Part shown: positions 1 to 10,047 of the stretch, piece by piece
Layout of the letters: the number at the start of each line of letters is the position of its first letter
Numbering within the stretch: the first letter of the stretch is position 1
Source: Malacoraja senta
Taxonomy: Eukaryota
Reading direction: 5' to 3'
NCBI GenBank assembly: GCA_038087875.1
Contig: JAXLNO010000377.1
Location: 1-34,526, forward strand
DNA length: 34,526 nt
Notes under the pieces: generated by a model
Databases searched by the model: none
Told to the model about the DNA's origin: nothing
The model's input: the letters and a program-made list of their open reading frames with translations, nothing else
Translations under genes and position numbers: made by a program

Positions 1-139
1 ATTAGTAAAAATTTAATAAATGTCTACGGCACTGGTTATTGATACCACATTTGGAAATGTTGAAACGTCAGCAAATTAATTCTTGAACAAAAACAAAAAA
101 CATACAAGTGCTATTTGAGTTTTGAAATGCACTTTGACA

Positions 140-364
140 CTGTGGAATTCTCTGCCACAGAAAGTAGTTGAGGCCAGTTCATTGGCTATATTTAAGAGGG
201 AGTTAGTTGTGGCCATTGTGGCTAAAGGGATCAGGGGGTATGGAGAGAAGGCAGGTACAGGATACTGAGTTCGATGATCAGCCATGATCACATTGAATGG
301 CGGTGCAGGCTCGAAGGGCCGAATTGCCTACTCCTGCACCTATTTTCTATGTTTCGATGTTTCT
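140..364 (+). mobile_element. CR1/HER1-like LINE 3' end, 5'-truncated, young subfamily
   Basis: Encodes LWNSLPQKVVEASSLAIFKRELVVAIVAKGIRGYGEKAGTGY*, then 3'UTR GATCAGCCATGATC...GCTCGAAGGGCCGAA..CCTACTCCTGCACCTATTT and a (TCTATGTT)n-like tail. Nearly identical to 12933-13201 and 20323-20550. Confidence 0.9.
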
Positions 365-443
365 AAAAAGTTAAACAAGTAACACATTTCTACTCGGTAT
401 ACATTTTGATGTGGAGAGTGCAATTATACTTAACGTCAGCATT

Positions 444-1110
444 CAATAGACAATAGACAATAGGTGCAGGAGTAGGCCATTTGGCCCTTCGAGCCAGCAC
501 CACCATTCAATGTGATCATGGCTGATCATCCCCAATCAGTACCCCGTTCCTGCCTTCTCCCCATATCCCCTGACTCCGCTATCATTAAGAGCTCTATCTA
601 ACTTTCTCTTGAAAGCATCCGGAGAACCGGCCTCCGCCGCCCTCTGAGGCAGAGAATTCCACAGACTCACAATTCTCTGTGTGAAAAAGTGTTTCCTCGT
701 CTCCGTTCTAAATGGCTTACCCCTTATTCTTAAACTGTGGCCCCTGGTTCTGGACTCCCCCAACATCGGGAACATGTTTCCTGCCTCTAGCGTGTCCAAA
801 CCCTTAATAATCTCATATGTTTCAATAGGATCCACTCTCATCCTTCTAAATTCCAGAGTGTACAAGCCCAGCCGCTCCATTCTATCAACATATGACAGTC
901 CCGCCATCCCGGAAATTAACCTTGTGAACCTACGCTGCACTCCCTCAATAGCAAGAATGTCCTTCCTTGGAGACCAAAACTACACACAATACTCCAGGTG
1001 TGGTGTCACTAGGGCCCTGTACAACTGCAGAAGGACCTCTTTTCTCCTATACTCAACTCCTCTTGTTATGAAGGCCAACATGCCATTCGCTTTCTTCACT
1101 GCCTGCTGTA
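444..1110 (-). mobile_element. CR1/HER1-like LINE 3' fragment (ORF2 C-terminus plus 3'UTR)
   Basis: ORF 536..940(-) QRRFTRLISGMAGLSYVDRMERLGLYTLEFRRMR...SRTRGHSLRIRG...FFTQRIVSLWNSLP is a typical CR1 ORF2 C-terminus. (TCTATTG)n tail at 444-462. Confidence 0.92.
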
Positions 1111-1129
1111 GAGGTAGACTACTGTAAAT

Positions 1130-1565
1130 GTTTAGTTTAGTTCAGAGATACAGCATGGAAACAGGCCCTTCGGCCCACTGAGTCCACACCGACCAGCAAT
1201 CCCCACATATTATCTCTCTTCGAATTATGTCTTGTTTTGTTTCATTTTATTTATATATTTGTAATTTGCTTGTTTTAACTGTATGGTGTCCTTGAGAGTT
1301 CTGAAAGGCGCCCATAAATAAAGTGCATTATTATTATTATTATTATTACTATCCTACATGGTACAATTTTACATTTATACCGAGCCAATTAACCTACAAA
1401 CCTGTACGTCTTTGGAGTGAGGGAGGAAACAGAAGATCTCGGAGAAAACCCACGCGGTCATGGGGAAAAAGTAAAACTCCGTACAGACAGCACCCGTGGT
1501 CGGGATCGAACCCGGGCCTTTGCGACTGTAAGCGCTGTAAGGCAGCAACTCTACCGCTGCGCCAT
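1130..1565 (-). mobile_element. HE1-type tRNA-derived V-SINE, interrupted by an L2-type tail at ~1212-1348
   Basis: Minus strand has A box TGGCGCAGCGG, B box GGTTCGATCC, V-domain GTGGGTTTTCTCCGAGATC and an (AAACT)n tail. Confidence 0.88.
1212..1348 (+). mobile_element. L2-clade-like LINE 3' tail inserted in the SINE
   Basis: GTGTCCTTGAG...GAAAGGCGCCCATAAATAAA followed by (TAT)n; SINE sequence resumes on both sides. Confidence 0.6.
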
Positions 1566-1679
1566 CATGCAGCCCAAATCTGCAACTGAACGCATCGAAC
1601 TTGGTCCACCTGTTTCAGTGGAGGCCTTGAGAGAATATTAGTGATGAAACGAACAACTCCATTGACCAGTTACAGAGAA

Positions 1680-1915
1680 AAGGTCCAGTGTCCACAATGA
1701 AGGTAGGTTGGAAGATCGAGACTGTCCTCTAACTTATGGGAGGACCACTCAGTAGTCTGGTAACAGAGGAAAAATAAGTTATTTCCTGAGTCTGGTGGTA
1801 TTTGCTTTCAAGTTTTTGTACCTTCTGCAACAGGAGAGGGGAGAAGAGGAATGACGGGGTGATAATGGTCCTTGGTTGTGTTGGCAGCGTGCAGTGTGGA
1901 TGGAGTCGTTGGTGT
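1680..1915 (-). mobile_element. Old Rex1/Babar-like LINE 3' remnant
   Basis: Degenerate match to the better-preserved minus-strand element at 9306-9957 (GTAACAG.GG.AA..AAG.T.TTCCTGA..CTGGTGGT). Confidence 0.6.
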
Positions 1916-2158
1916 GGATAGTGGTTGGCGGACAGCCTGATGGTAATTAGAAGTATCCATTGATGCTTAGCGGTCTGATGGTGGTCAGACACGCCCGATG
2001 ATGGTTGTGGTGTCTCATGGTGTTTAATGGTGTCCAATGGATGATGGAGGTCTGATGTTTGTGCATTATCTCTCATTTTTTCTGTTCTTATAAGAGAATT
2101 CAAGCATCAAGAGAAGTCTATGGTCGATGGAGACGGCCATTCCTCCATGGTCAAAGTT

Positions 2159-2320
2159 AGACACAAAAAGCAGAAGTAACTCAGCGGGACAGGCAGCAGT
2201 CTCGACCCGAAACGTCACCCATTCCTTCTCTCCAGCAATGCTGCCTGTCCCATTGAGTTACTCCAGCTTTTTGTGTCTATCCTTGGTTTAAACCAGCATC
2301 TTTTATTCCTTCCTACACAT
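2159..2320. repeat. Penelope-like palindromic repeat, centre deleted
   Basis: Arms GACACAAAAAGC.G.AGTAACTCAGCGGGACAGGCAGCA / TGCTGCCTGTCCC..TGAGTTACTCCAGCTTTTTGTGTC; keeps GACCCGAAACGTCACCC. Confidence 0.75.
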
Positions 2321-2581
2321 TGCTCCATGGTCAATGCCATCATCCAACTGTTGAGTGTTAACGTTCAAATATTGAATTAAACTTCAAGGATCTAAGTAAA
2401 TTTGCAACCTTCCTTTCATTCCACTCTGAAGAGCAGGTACAAAGGGCTTCAATGTGTATTCCACTTTTCAACTACTCGACTCAGAAAGATCCTATCATTA
2501 TTGATGATTCGAAATTAAGGGAACTGAAAAGAGTGGTCGAAAGAGAATATGTGATCTTTTACAAAAGGATTTATAAAATTA

Positions 2582-2795
2582 TGTAGGATGGAACTACAGA
2601 TGTTGCTTTATACCGAAGATAAACACAAAGTGCTGGAGTAACTCAGCGGGTCAGGCAGCATCTCTGGAGAAAAATGATGAGTGACGTTTTGGGTCGGAAC
2701 CCTTCTTCAGACTGACTCACCCCCCCCCCCCCCCATCCATTTGCTCCAGAGATGCTGCCTGATCCGCTTACTTACTCCGGAACTTTGTGTCTATT
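2582..2795. repeat. Penelope-like palindromic repeat with central poly-C
   Basis: Inverted arms CACAAAG..C.GGAGTAA...GCGG.TCAGGCAGCATCTCTGGAG; degenerate hammerhead core on the minus strand at 2681-2713. Confidence 0.75.
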
Positions 2796-2960
2796 TTCTT
2801 TTATATACACTTCCTGTATATTTCAAATAAATTCAAATAAATTTCATTTGAAATGCACAAGTATTTTCAATATATCCATTTTCACCCACTCTTACTGTTG
2901 AACATTAACCTTCATGTTAACTTATTAAGGGAAGCATCTGAAAATTGAATCTGCAGAAGA

Positions 2961-3247
2961 AGTGGTAGTGTTGCTGCCTTGCAGCGCCAGAGACCCGGGT
3001 TCGATCATGACCATGGGTGCTGTCCGTACGGAGTTTGTACGTTCTCCCTGTGATCTGCGTGGGTTTTCTCCGAGATCTTCAGTTTCCTCCCACACTCCAA
3101 AGACGTACAAGTCTGTCGGTTAATTGGCTTGGTATAAATGTAAATTGTCCCTAGTGTGCATAGGGTAGTGTTAGTGTGCGGGGATCGCTGGTCGGCGCGG
3201 ACTCGGTGGCCTGAGTGCCTGTTTCCGCTCTGTATCTCTAAACTAAG
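2961..3247 (+). mobile_element. HE1-type V-SINE
   Basis: GTTGCTGCCTTGCAGCGCCAGAGACCCGGGTTCGATC head, V-domain, tail CTGTATCTCTAAACTAA. Confidence 0.9.
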
Positions 3248-3748
3248 AGCCCCAACCCAAGACATCGCCTCTCCATTCCCTCCACAGATGCTGCCTGACC
3301 CACTGAGTTACCCAAGCACTTCCCTGTCTCTATAGACTTTGCACTTACACCAACTGCATTCAATATCAGTCTCCTCACACCAAATAAAAACACAATCTGC
3401 TTTGAGGTTATAATTATTTAAATGTTACACAATAAAATTAATTTCACTTAAACAATAAAATTAAGCCTCTTGCAAGTTAAACCATGCAGAGTTTGTACAA
3501 GTCTTATTAGCTCCATGTATAATTGCAGATAACACGTATCAGAAATCACTTGGGGAAATGTTCAATTTCATTACAGACTTCTCTCAAGGCCTTGAAATAG
3601 CTGTTGCCATTATAATTTCCCTTTCAGAAACCTTTAACTCCTTCAATAAACAGAAACCATGCAAGACTCGTGTTCATGTAAAATCAGGACTACATGGAAA
3701 TAACAAACTGGATTACCGCCAGTCAGTGGAGGAATCATAGATAAAGAA

Positions 3749-3975
3749 GGTGGCGACGCGGTAGAGTTGCTGCCTGCCACGTGGGTTTTCTCCAGGAGCT
3801 CCGGTTTTCTCCCACACTCCAAAGATGTACAGGTTTGTATGTTAATTGGCATGGTAAAATCGTAATTTGTCCTTTAGTGTTATTGTAGGATAGTGTCAGT
3901 GTGTCGGGATCAGTCAGCGCGGACTTGGTGGGCCGAAGGGCCTGTTTCCGCACTGTACCTCAAAACTAAATTGAA
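3749..3975 (+). mobile_element. HE1-type V-SINE, internally deleted
   Basis: Head GGTGGCGACGCGGTAGAGTTGCTGCCT joined directly to CGTGGGTTTTCTCC (B-box region missing); GGGCCGAAGGGCCTGTTTCC tail. Confidence 0.85.
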
Positions 3976-4307
3976 ATGAAATTAAAAGCTGAATGGGGCT
4001 CCAGGTTCCTGGGATCTTTGAAGCAGATTGGAAGAGCCGTTTCAAATTGGACAGATCGTGCTTCCACAGAGTTGAACCTAAATCCCCTTGCAGGAGATTT
4101 AATTAGGACAGTGGGGGAAGTTTAAATAAATTTGGCCGTAGTGGCCCTCAGGAAAAACAAAAAAGACATCTGAGATGAAAGACACAAAGTGCTGGAGTAT
4201 CTCAGCGGGTCAGACAGCATCACTGGAGAAAAAGGATGTGTGACCTTTCAGGTCTGAAACGTTACCCATTCGTTTTCTCCAGAGACACTACCTGACCCGC
4301 TTAGTTA

Positions 4308-4962
4308 AGGGCCTGTCCCACTTGGCCGTCATTCGCGTGCCATTTACGTGACCTGCTAGACTGTGGGTAGCGCGTGGGTAGCCCGGGGACGGGCGCATGG
4401 AGTGGCGTGGAGGAGTGTGGAGTGGCGTGGAGGAGTGTGGACTTCGTCCTGCACAAGATCTTCGCGCGTCACCGGCCTGTCGCGTAACTGACGGCCAAAG
4501 TGGGACAGGCCCAAGACCCTGGCGCAGCCCAACGTCTCACCTCCAACAGCAGCAGAAGCAGGCAAACGATCGCCGAGCTCGGCCTGGGGCTCACGTCCGT
4601 TGCGGATCCGGATCCGCCCCCACTCCTACTCCCAGAGCGAGGCCAAGACGATTGGAGATAGACACAAAATGCAGGAGTAACTCAGCGGGACCGGCAGCTT
4701 CTCCGGAGAGAAGCAATGGGTGACGTTTCAGGTCGAGGCCCTTCTTCAGACTGAAGAAGAGTCTTGACCCGAAACATCATCCATTCCTTCTCTCCAGAGA
4801 TGCTGCCGGTCCCGCTGAGTTACTCTCCTGCATTTTGTGTCTATCTTCAAATGACATCACGAGTTCCAGACGGCTATGCGGACGCATGATGACGTGCGCG
4901 ACCGTCGCTCGTCAGTCACGACCGGCCTGTCGCGTAAATGGCGGCCAAGTGGGACAGGCCCT
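4308..4962. mobile_element. Non-autonomous PIF/Harbinger-like DNA transposon (MITE)
   Basis: 21-bp perfect TIRs AGGGCCTGTCCCACTTGGCCG / CGGCCAAGTGGGACAGGCCCT and a 3-bp TTA TSD at 4305-4307 and 4963-4965. TWA TSDs are typical of PIF/Harbinger. No transposase ORF. Confidence 0.85.
4655..4848. repeat. Near-complete Penelope-like palindrome inside the MITE, with two back-to-back hammerhead-like motifs
   Basis: ~95-bp inverted arms centred on CTTCTTCAG-A-CTGAAGAAG (4741-4759). Confidence 0.8.
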
Positions 4963-5236
4963 TTACTTCAGCGCTTTGTGTCTATCTTCGGTATTTACCA
5001 GCATCTGCAGTTCCTTTCTCCAACACCTGAGAGGAGATGTAGGATGCATAGAGAACTGAAAGATACAAAAATAATTAGATTAGAGAATAGGTCGGAAATA
5101 GAAGAGATCTACACAGTCGCATTTGCAGTACATCTGTAAAGGCATGCAGCAGGATAGATATGACTGATCACCCTCACACACCAGTCACCACATTAATTGG
5201 CAATAATTGAAACCTGGATTAAACCAGGTTTCAATT

Positions 5237-6060
5237 CTCCGAGTGGTGGTGCCATCGAGTGTGGCAGCCTCGCCTGCAGCTCTTCGTACTTTCATCCTTT
5301 TTTAAATTTTTAGTCCGTCAAAAAGTTTTGTTGTGGAGGTCTTTTATTCATTTTATGTGGGGGGGAGGGGGGAAACAGTTTTTCACCGTCGATACCTGGG
5401 TTGAGGATGCTTCTTTCCTCCGAGCCGCATCTTCGCCCCCTCCTCGCGGCCTACCATCTGGATTGGCGCGGCCTTTTCTGCCGGAGACCGGTCGGAGCTT
5501 CAGCTTCAGTGGCGGCGCAGCACTGAGGTACCATCGCGGAGCGGGCGATGCCTTATCGTGGTCGCCGTGTTGAGCTCCAGAGTGTTGGGACTGCCGATTT
5601 CGACGCCGTGGAGCTGTGGTCTGCGGAACTTCCAGCCGCGGGCGGCGCTGACTTTAACATCGCGGAGGCCTGGGATCTTTCGCCGATGTCGCCAGTGTTG
5701 GAGCTCCGCCCAGCTCGGCCTGTGGACTTCGGGAGCCGTGGTCTCCGGTAGGAAGCGGCCAATTCGGACACTCCAAGCCGCTGAGAGTGTTCTTCCGACG
5801 CCGGAGTACCATCATCTGGCGAAAGGGCCTGAACCGTCGCGGCGACTGCGGAGGCCTCCAATAGGCCCCGACCACGGGTGAACAAGAGGCAGAGGACTGA
5901 ACTTTTATTGCCTTCCCTCACAGTGGGAAATATTGATTCCGCTGTGGGGGGATGTTCAATTCTATAGTGTTTATCTTATTTGTGTGCTGCATGGCAACTC
6001 AAATTTCACTGCACCAATTGGTGTGTGTGACAATAAATGTCCTTTGTCCTTTGTCCTTTG
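5237..6060 (+). mobile_element. ~820-bp GC/CpG-rich non-autonomous retroposon with a Rex1-type 3' tail
   Basis: 5' CTCCGAGTGGTGGTGCC, T-rich tract, CpG-rich body, TTGCCTTCCCTCACAGTG, then TGACAATAAA and a (TGTCCTT)3 tail. Same architecture as 10048-10835. Confidence 0.7.
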
Positions 6061-6084
6061 GATGGAAGAGGAATTAAAATTTGT

Positions 6085-6305
6085 GCAACTTTTCATACAG
6101 AGGGTGTTGGGTATATGGAATGAGCTGCCAGAGGATGTAGTTGAGCCAGATACAATTGCAACATTTGAAAGACATTTGGACAGGTATATAGATAGGAATG
6201 GGCCATGGTTGTATGAAACAGGTTCTGCTTTAGATGGAGCATCTTGGTCAACATAGACGAGGTGGCCCAAAGGGCCTGTTTCTGCGTTTTGACTCAAAAC
6301 TAAAC
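6085..6305 (+). mobile_element. Old CR1-like LINE 3' end with an HE1-like tail
   Basis: FIQRVLGIWNELPEDVVE..TIATFERHLDRYIDR in ORF 5933..6256; ends GGCCCAAAGGGCCTGTTTC. Confidence 0.8.
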
Positions 6306-6734
6306 AAAACAAATTGTAGCAAAGGCTTCAAGTGGTTTCAGCATTGATCATGGAATAACTCTGCACTAGAGTAGGATGTTGTTGTTAAGTCAGAAGGTTA
6401 AAAATTTATTTCACGTTGCACCATGCGGTGAATCCAAACCCTAATCATAAATATGTTCAGGTCTTTTCCCGTGCAAATCAATAGCTTGCACAAGTATATA
6501 CGACACACCCATCCACTGAGGTTGCTGGGTCTGTGCAGTGATGTGGTAGAAAATACAATGCAGATTTGGACATCACATGTGAACAGTTTGTGTATCTAAT
6601 ACCTGTGAACGGCGGAGTTCACCGGCGTTGAAACAGTCCCGAAGAAGGGATTTGAGGCCTACTCTAATGTGGATGGGATGTATCACTGCGCTGGTGCAGG
6701 ACGCCCAAAAGGTTCATTCGTAGGTTGGGTCAGA

Positions 6735-7340
6735 AAGGCAAATGTCTTCATGTCCAGCATTTATTTGGTGGGGACTAAAATATAAAAGCAAGGATGTAAT
6801 GTTGAGGCTCTATAAGCACTGGTGAGATCACATTTGGAATATTGTGGGCTGTTTTGGGCCCCATATCTGATGAAGAGCTGGCTTTGGAGATGTTCAAGAG
6901 GAGGTTTACAGGAATAATCCCAGGGATGATTGGGTTAATGTATGAGGAATATTTGATGGTTCAGGGCCTGTACTCGCTGGAGTTTAGGAGAATGAGTGGG
7001 GGGAGGGGGGGATATCATAGAAAGTCACTGGACAATGAAAGACCTGGATAGAGTGGATGTGGAAAGGATGTGTCCAATAATGAGTCTCAGAATAAAAGAA
7101 CGTACGTGAGGAAAATTTTCTTCAGTCAGATGGTGAATCTATGGAAGTTATTGCCACAGAAGGATGTGGAGACCAAGACATTTTAAAGCCGAGATTGATG
7201 GGTTCTTGATTAGTAAGGGTGTCAAACGTTACAGGGAGAAGGCAGGAGAATTGAGTTGAAAAGGAAAAGAATAGATCAGCCATGATTGAATGGCAGAGTA
7301 GACTTGATGGGCCAAATGGCCTCATTCTGCTCCTATCTTT
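6735..7340 (+). mobile_element. Degenerate CR1-like LINE 3' fragment
   Basis: LYK.LVR.HLEYC...W.P..., KRRFTGIIPGMIGLMYEE..GLYSLEFRRM with frameshifts; 3'UTR GATCAGCCATGATTGAATGG. Confidence 0.85.
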
Positions 7341-7345
7341 GGTCT

Positions 7346-7573
7346 TATAGAAACATAAACATAAATAAATAGATGCAGGAGTAAGCCATTTGGCCCTTCG
7401 AGCCAGCACCGCCATTCAATATGATCATGGCTGATCATCTAAAATCAGTGTGCCGTTCTGGCTTTTCCCCTTATCCCTTGATTCCTTTAGCCCGTAGAGC
7501 AAACTCTAACTCTCTCTTGAAAACATCCAGTGAATTGGCCTCCACTGCCTTCTATGGCAGAGAATTCCACAGA
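7346..7573 (-). mobile_element. CR1/HER1-like LINE 3' end
   Basis: Reverse complement of the LINE 3'UTR and WNSLP region. Confidence 0.85.
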
Positions 7574-7764
7574 TTATAACGGGTGACTGGGAGAAGGAAG
7601 AGTGGAAATAATGGAAGCTGATACTGGGATGATGACACAGAACTGGAATAGTGGGTCAAAGATAAGGCAAGAAGAATATACCTTGTCAGCCTGTTCCATG
7701 TGCAATAACACAGGCTAATTAATTAGCATTTGTATGGTACGTTAATTAATGAAGTCAGGATAAA

Positions 7765-7940
7765 TTTGCCAAAGGCAAATCATGGTCGACTAAATTCATT
7801 AAGTTCTTTGAAAAAGAAACTGAACAGATTGATGAAGCGAGTGTGGATGATTCTTTGCAGATGGACATTCGGGAAGATATTTGATAAAGTACCGCATAAT
7901 TGTTAGCAAAATGAAACCACGTGGAATTAAAGGGGCAGGA
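7765..7940 (+). mobile_element. Ancient CR1 reverse-transcriptase remnant
   Basis: GKSWSTKFIKFFEKETEQIDE.SVD...FDKVPH (with frameshift) resembles the CR1 RT motif GKSCLTNLLEFFEEVT..VD...VDVVYLDFxKAFDKVPH. Confidence 0.7.
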
Positions 7941-7944
7941 GCTT

Positions 7945-8152
7945 GGCATCCTTCTGTGACAAAAAATTCCAGATTCAGCACACTTTGACTGAAGAAATTC
8001 CTCCTCATCTCCTTCCTAAAGGAACGTCCTTTAATTCTGAGGCTTTGACCGCTAGTCCTAGACTCTCCCACTAGATGTTTCCACTGGTGGGACAGTCTAG
8101 GACAAGAGGTCATCCATTCCACATCCACTCAATCCAAGCCTTTCACTATTCG
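7945..8152 (-). mobile_element. CR1-like LINE fragment containing a local inversion
   Basis: LVGESRTSGQSLRIKGRSFRKEMRRNFFSQSVLNL in ORF 7799..8128(-). Confidence 0.8.
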
Positions 8153-8312
8153 GGATAGGTTTGGGGATAGGTTCAGAGACAGAAAGCAAAATGAATAGGT
8201 TGAGGGGGCATTTGTAATAATGTTGATTCACGGGAATTGGTAAAAGACTTCAGAAGGAGATGGGAAGACCACTGATATGAACACGGACAGATGCGATTTA
8301 ATGCGTTTTTAG

Positions 8313-8600
8313 AATTTAGAGATACAGCGCAGAAAGAAGTCCTTTGGCCCACCGAAACCATGCCAACCATCGATCACCCCATACACTAGCACTATCCTAC
8401 ATACTGGAGCCAGTTTCCAATTTTTACCGAAGCAAATTCAACTACAAGCTTGTACTCCAAAGTGTGGGGAGGGAACCTTCCCTCGCGGGGAACAACGAGA
8501 ATGTACAAACTCCGTGCAGACAGGACCCTGAGTCAGGATCGAACCCGGGTCTCTGGCGCTGTGACGCAGCATCTCTACCACTGTACCACTGTGCTGCCCT
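8313..8600 (-). mobile_element. HE1-type V-SINE
   Basis: Minus-strand head GGGCAGCACAGTGGTACAGTGGTAGAG...GGTTCGATCC. Confidence 0.85.
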
Positions 8601-8992
8601 GAAGACAAAGTTTCAGAGAGAAAGTACAGTCCATAAATAAATAGGTGAAGGAGTAGGGCTCTTGTGAACTACGGATAGGAAAGGTTTGGAGGGTTATCGG
8701 CCAAACATTACCGAATAGTGAAAGGTCAGGATAGAGTGGATGTGGAGAGGATGTTTCCACTAGAGGGAAAGTCGAGGAACAGAGGCCATAGCCCCCGTAG
8801 TCAGTATCGAACCCAGTTGAAATACCATGTGATAAAATAAACTAAATGTTACAATTTTAAAGAAATTGAGAGCATATACCAACAGAGCTTTGATAGTATA
8901 TGCATTAAAATCCTTGAAGACGGCAGGGCACATTGAGAATGACATAGAAAATGCCATTGGCATTGGTATTTACTTATTATTGCCACATTTTA

Positions 8993-9305
8993 GGGGTGGC
9001 ACAGCGGTAGAGTTACTGCCTTACAGCGAATGCAGCCCTGTCGACCGGTGTTCGATCCTGACTACGGGTGCTGTCAGTACGGAGTTTGTACGTTCTCCCC
9101 GTGACCTGTGTGGGTTTTCTCCAAAATCTCCGGTTTCCTCCCACACTCCAAAGACGTACAGGTTTGTAGGTTAATTGGCTTGGTAAATGTAAAAATTGTC
9201 CCTAGTGGGTATAGGATAGTGTTAATGTGCGGGGATCGCTGGTCGGCGTGGACCCGGTGGGCCGATAGGGCCTGTTGCCGCGCTGTATCTCTAAACTAAA
9301 CTAAA
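8993..9305 (+). mobile_element. Full-length HE1-type V-SINE
   Basis: GGGGTGGCACAGCGGTAGAG (A box), GTTCGATCC (B box), V-domain, (AAACT)n tail. Confidence 0.92.
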
Positions 9306-9957
9306 TTCAATTCAATTCAATTCAATCTTTAATTGTCATTGTGCAGTGTACAGTACAGAGACAACAAAATGCAGTTAGCATCTCACCCAGAAGAGCGAAC
9401 TTAGGAATAATGAGCAGTAAAATATATATATGTACAGCAGTATCAGTAGTGCAATTTTTCTGGGGGAAGGAGTGTCCGGGGGAGGGGGGGGGGGTGACTG
9501 GCAATCACCGAGGTGCAGAGTTCAGTAGTGTAACAGCCGCAGGGAAGAAGCTGTTCCTGAACCTGCTGGTTCGGCAACGGAGGGACCTGTAGCGCCTCCC
9601 GGATGGGAGGAGGGTAAACAGTCTGTGGTTGGGGTGAGAGCAGTCCATGACGATGCCCGGCGCCCTTCGCAGACAACGCTTGCTTTGGACAGACTCAATG
9701 GAGGGGAGTGAGGAACCGGTGATGCGTTGGGCGGGTTTCACCACCCTCTGCAGTGCTTTCCGGTCGGAGACAGAGCAGTTGCCATACCATACTGTGATAC
9801 AGTTGGTAAGGATGCTCTCGATGGTGCAGCGGTAGAAGTTCACCAGAATCTGAGGAGACAGATGGACCTTCTTTAGTCTCCTCAGGAAGAAGAGACGCTG
9901 GTGAGCCTTCTTGACCACTGTTGATGTATTGTGGGTCCAAGAGAGGTCATCAGAAAC
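9306..9957 (-). mobile_element. Rex1/Babar-clade LINE 3' fragment (RT C-terminal region, 3'UTR, (ATTGA)n tail)
   Basis: ORF 9505..9918(-) KKAHQRLFFLRRLKK...LVNFYRCTIESILTNCITVWYGNCS..DRKALQRVV..AQRITG...LPSGRRYRS..RTSRFRNSFFP is characteristic of fish Rex1-like RTs. Confidence 0.9.
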
Positions 9958-10047
9958 TAAAAAATGTACTGAGGTACTGGCGAAAAACTTGGTTTGCTCG
10001 CTGTGTAGTCAAAACCATACCATACACGAGTACAATCAGACCACACA

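Larger units (their letters stand above)
4178..5025. repeat. Penelope-like palindromic repeat (4178-4307 plus 4963-5025) split by a DNA transposon
   Basis: Right arm ...CTGACCCGCTTAGTTA | CTTCAGCGCTTTGTGTCTATC rejoins when 4308-4962 and one TTA are removed. Confidence 0.8.

Noticed and set aside
681..1127. 148-aa plus-strand ORF and similar ORFs (76..291, 20208..20468, 20560..20793)
   Set aside because: Antisense frames of CR1 ORF2 remnants.
4397..4723. ORFs inside the MITE as a possible transposase
   Set aside because: Short, no DDE or Myb-like motifs, and running through tandem repeats and the palindrome.
6603..6700. Possible minus-strand exon ending at CAG|GTATTA
   Set aside because: No convincing acceptor and no recognisable peptide.
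8993..9065. tRNA-like sequences with A/B boxes (many copies)
   Set aside because: They are SINE heads continuing into a V-domain and tail, with no intact cloverleaf.
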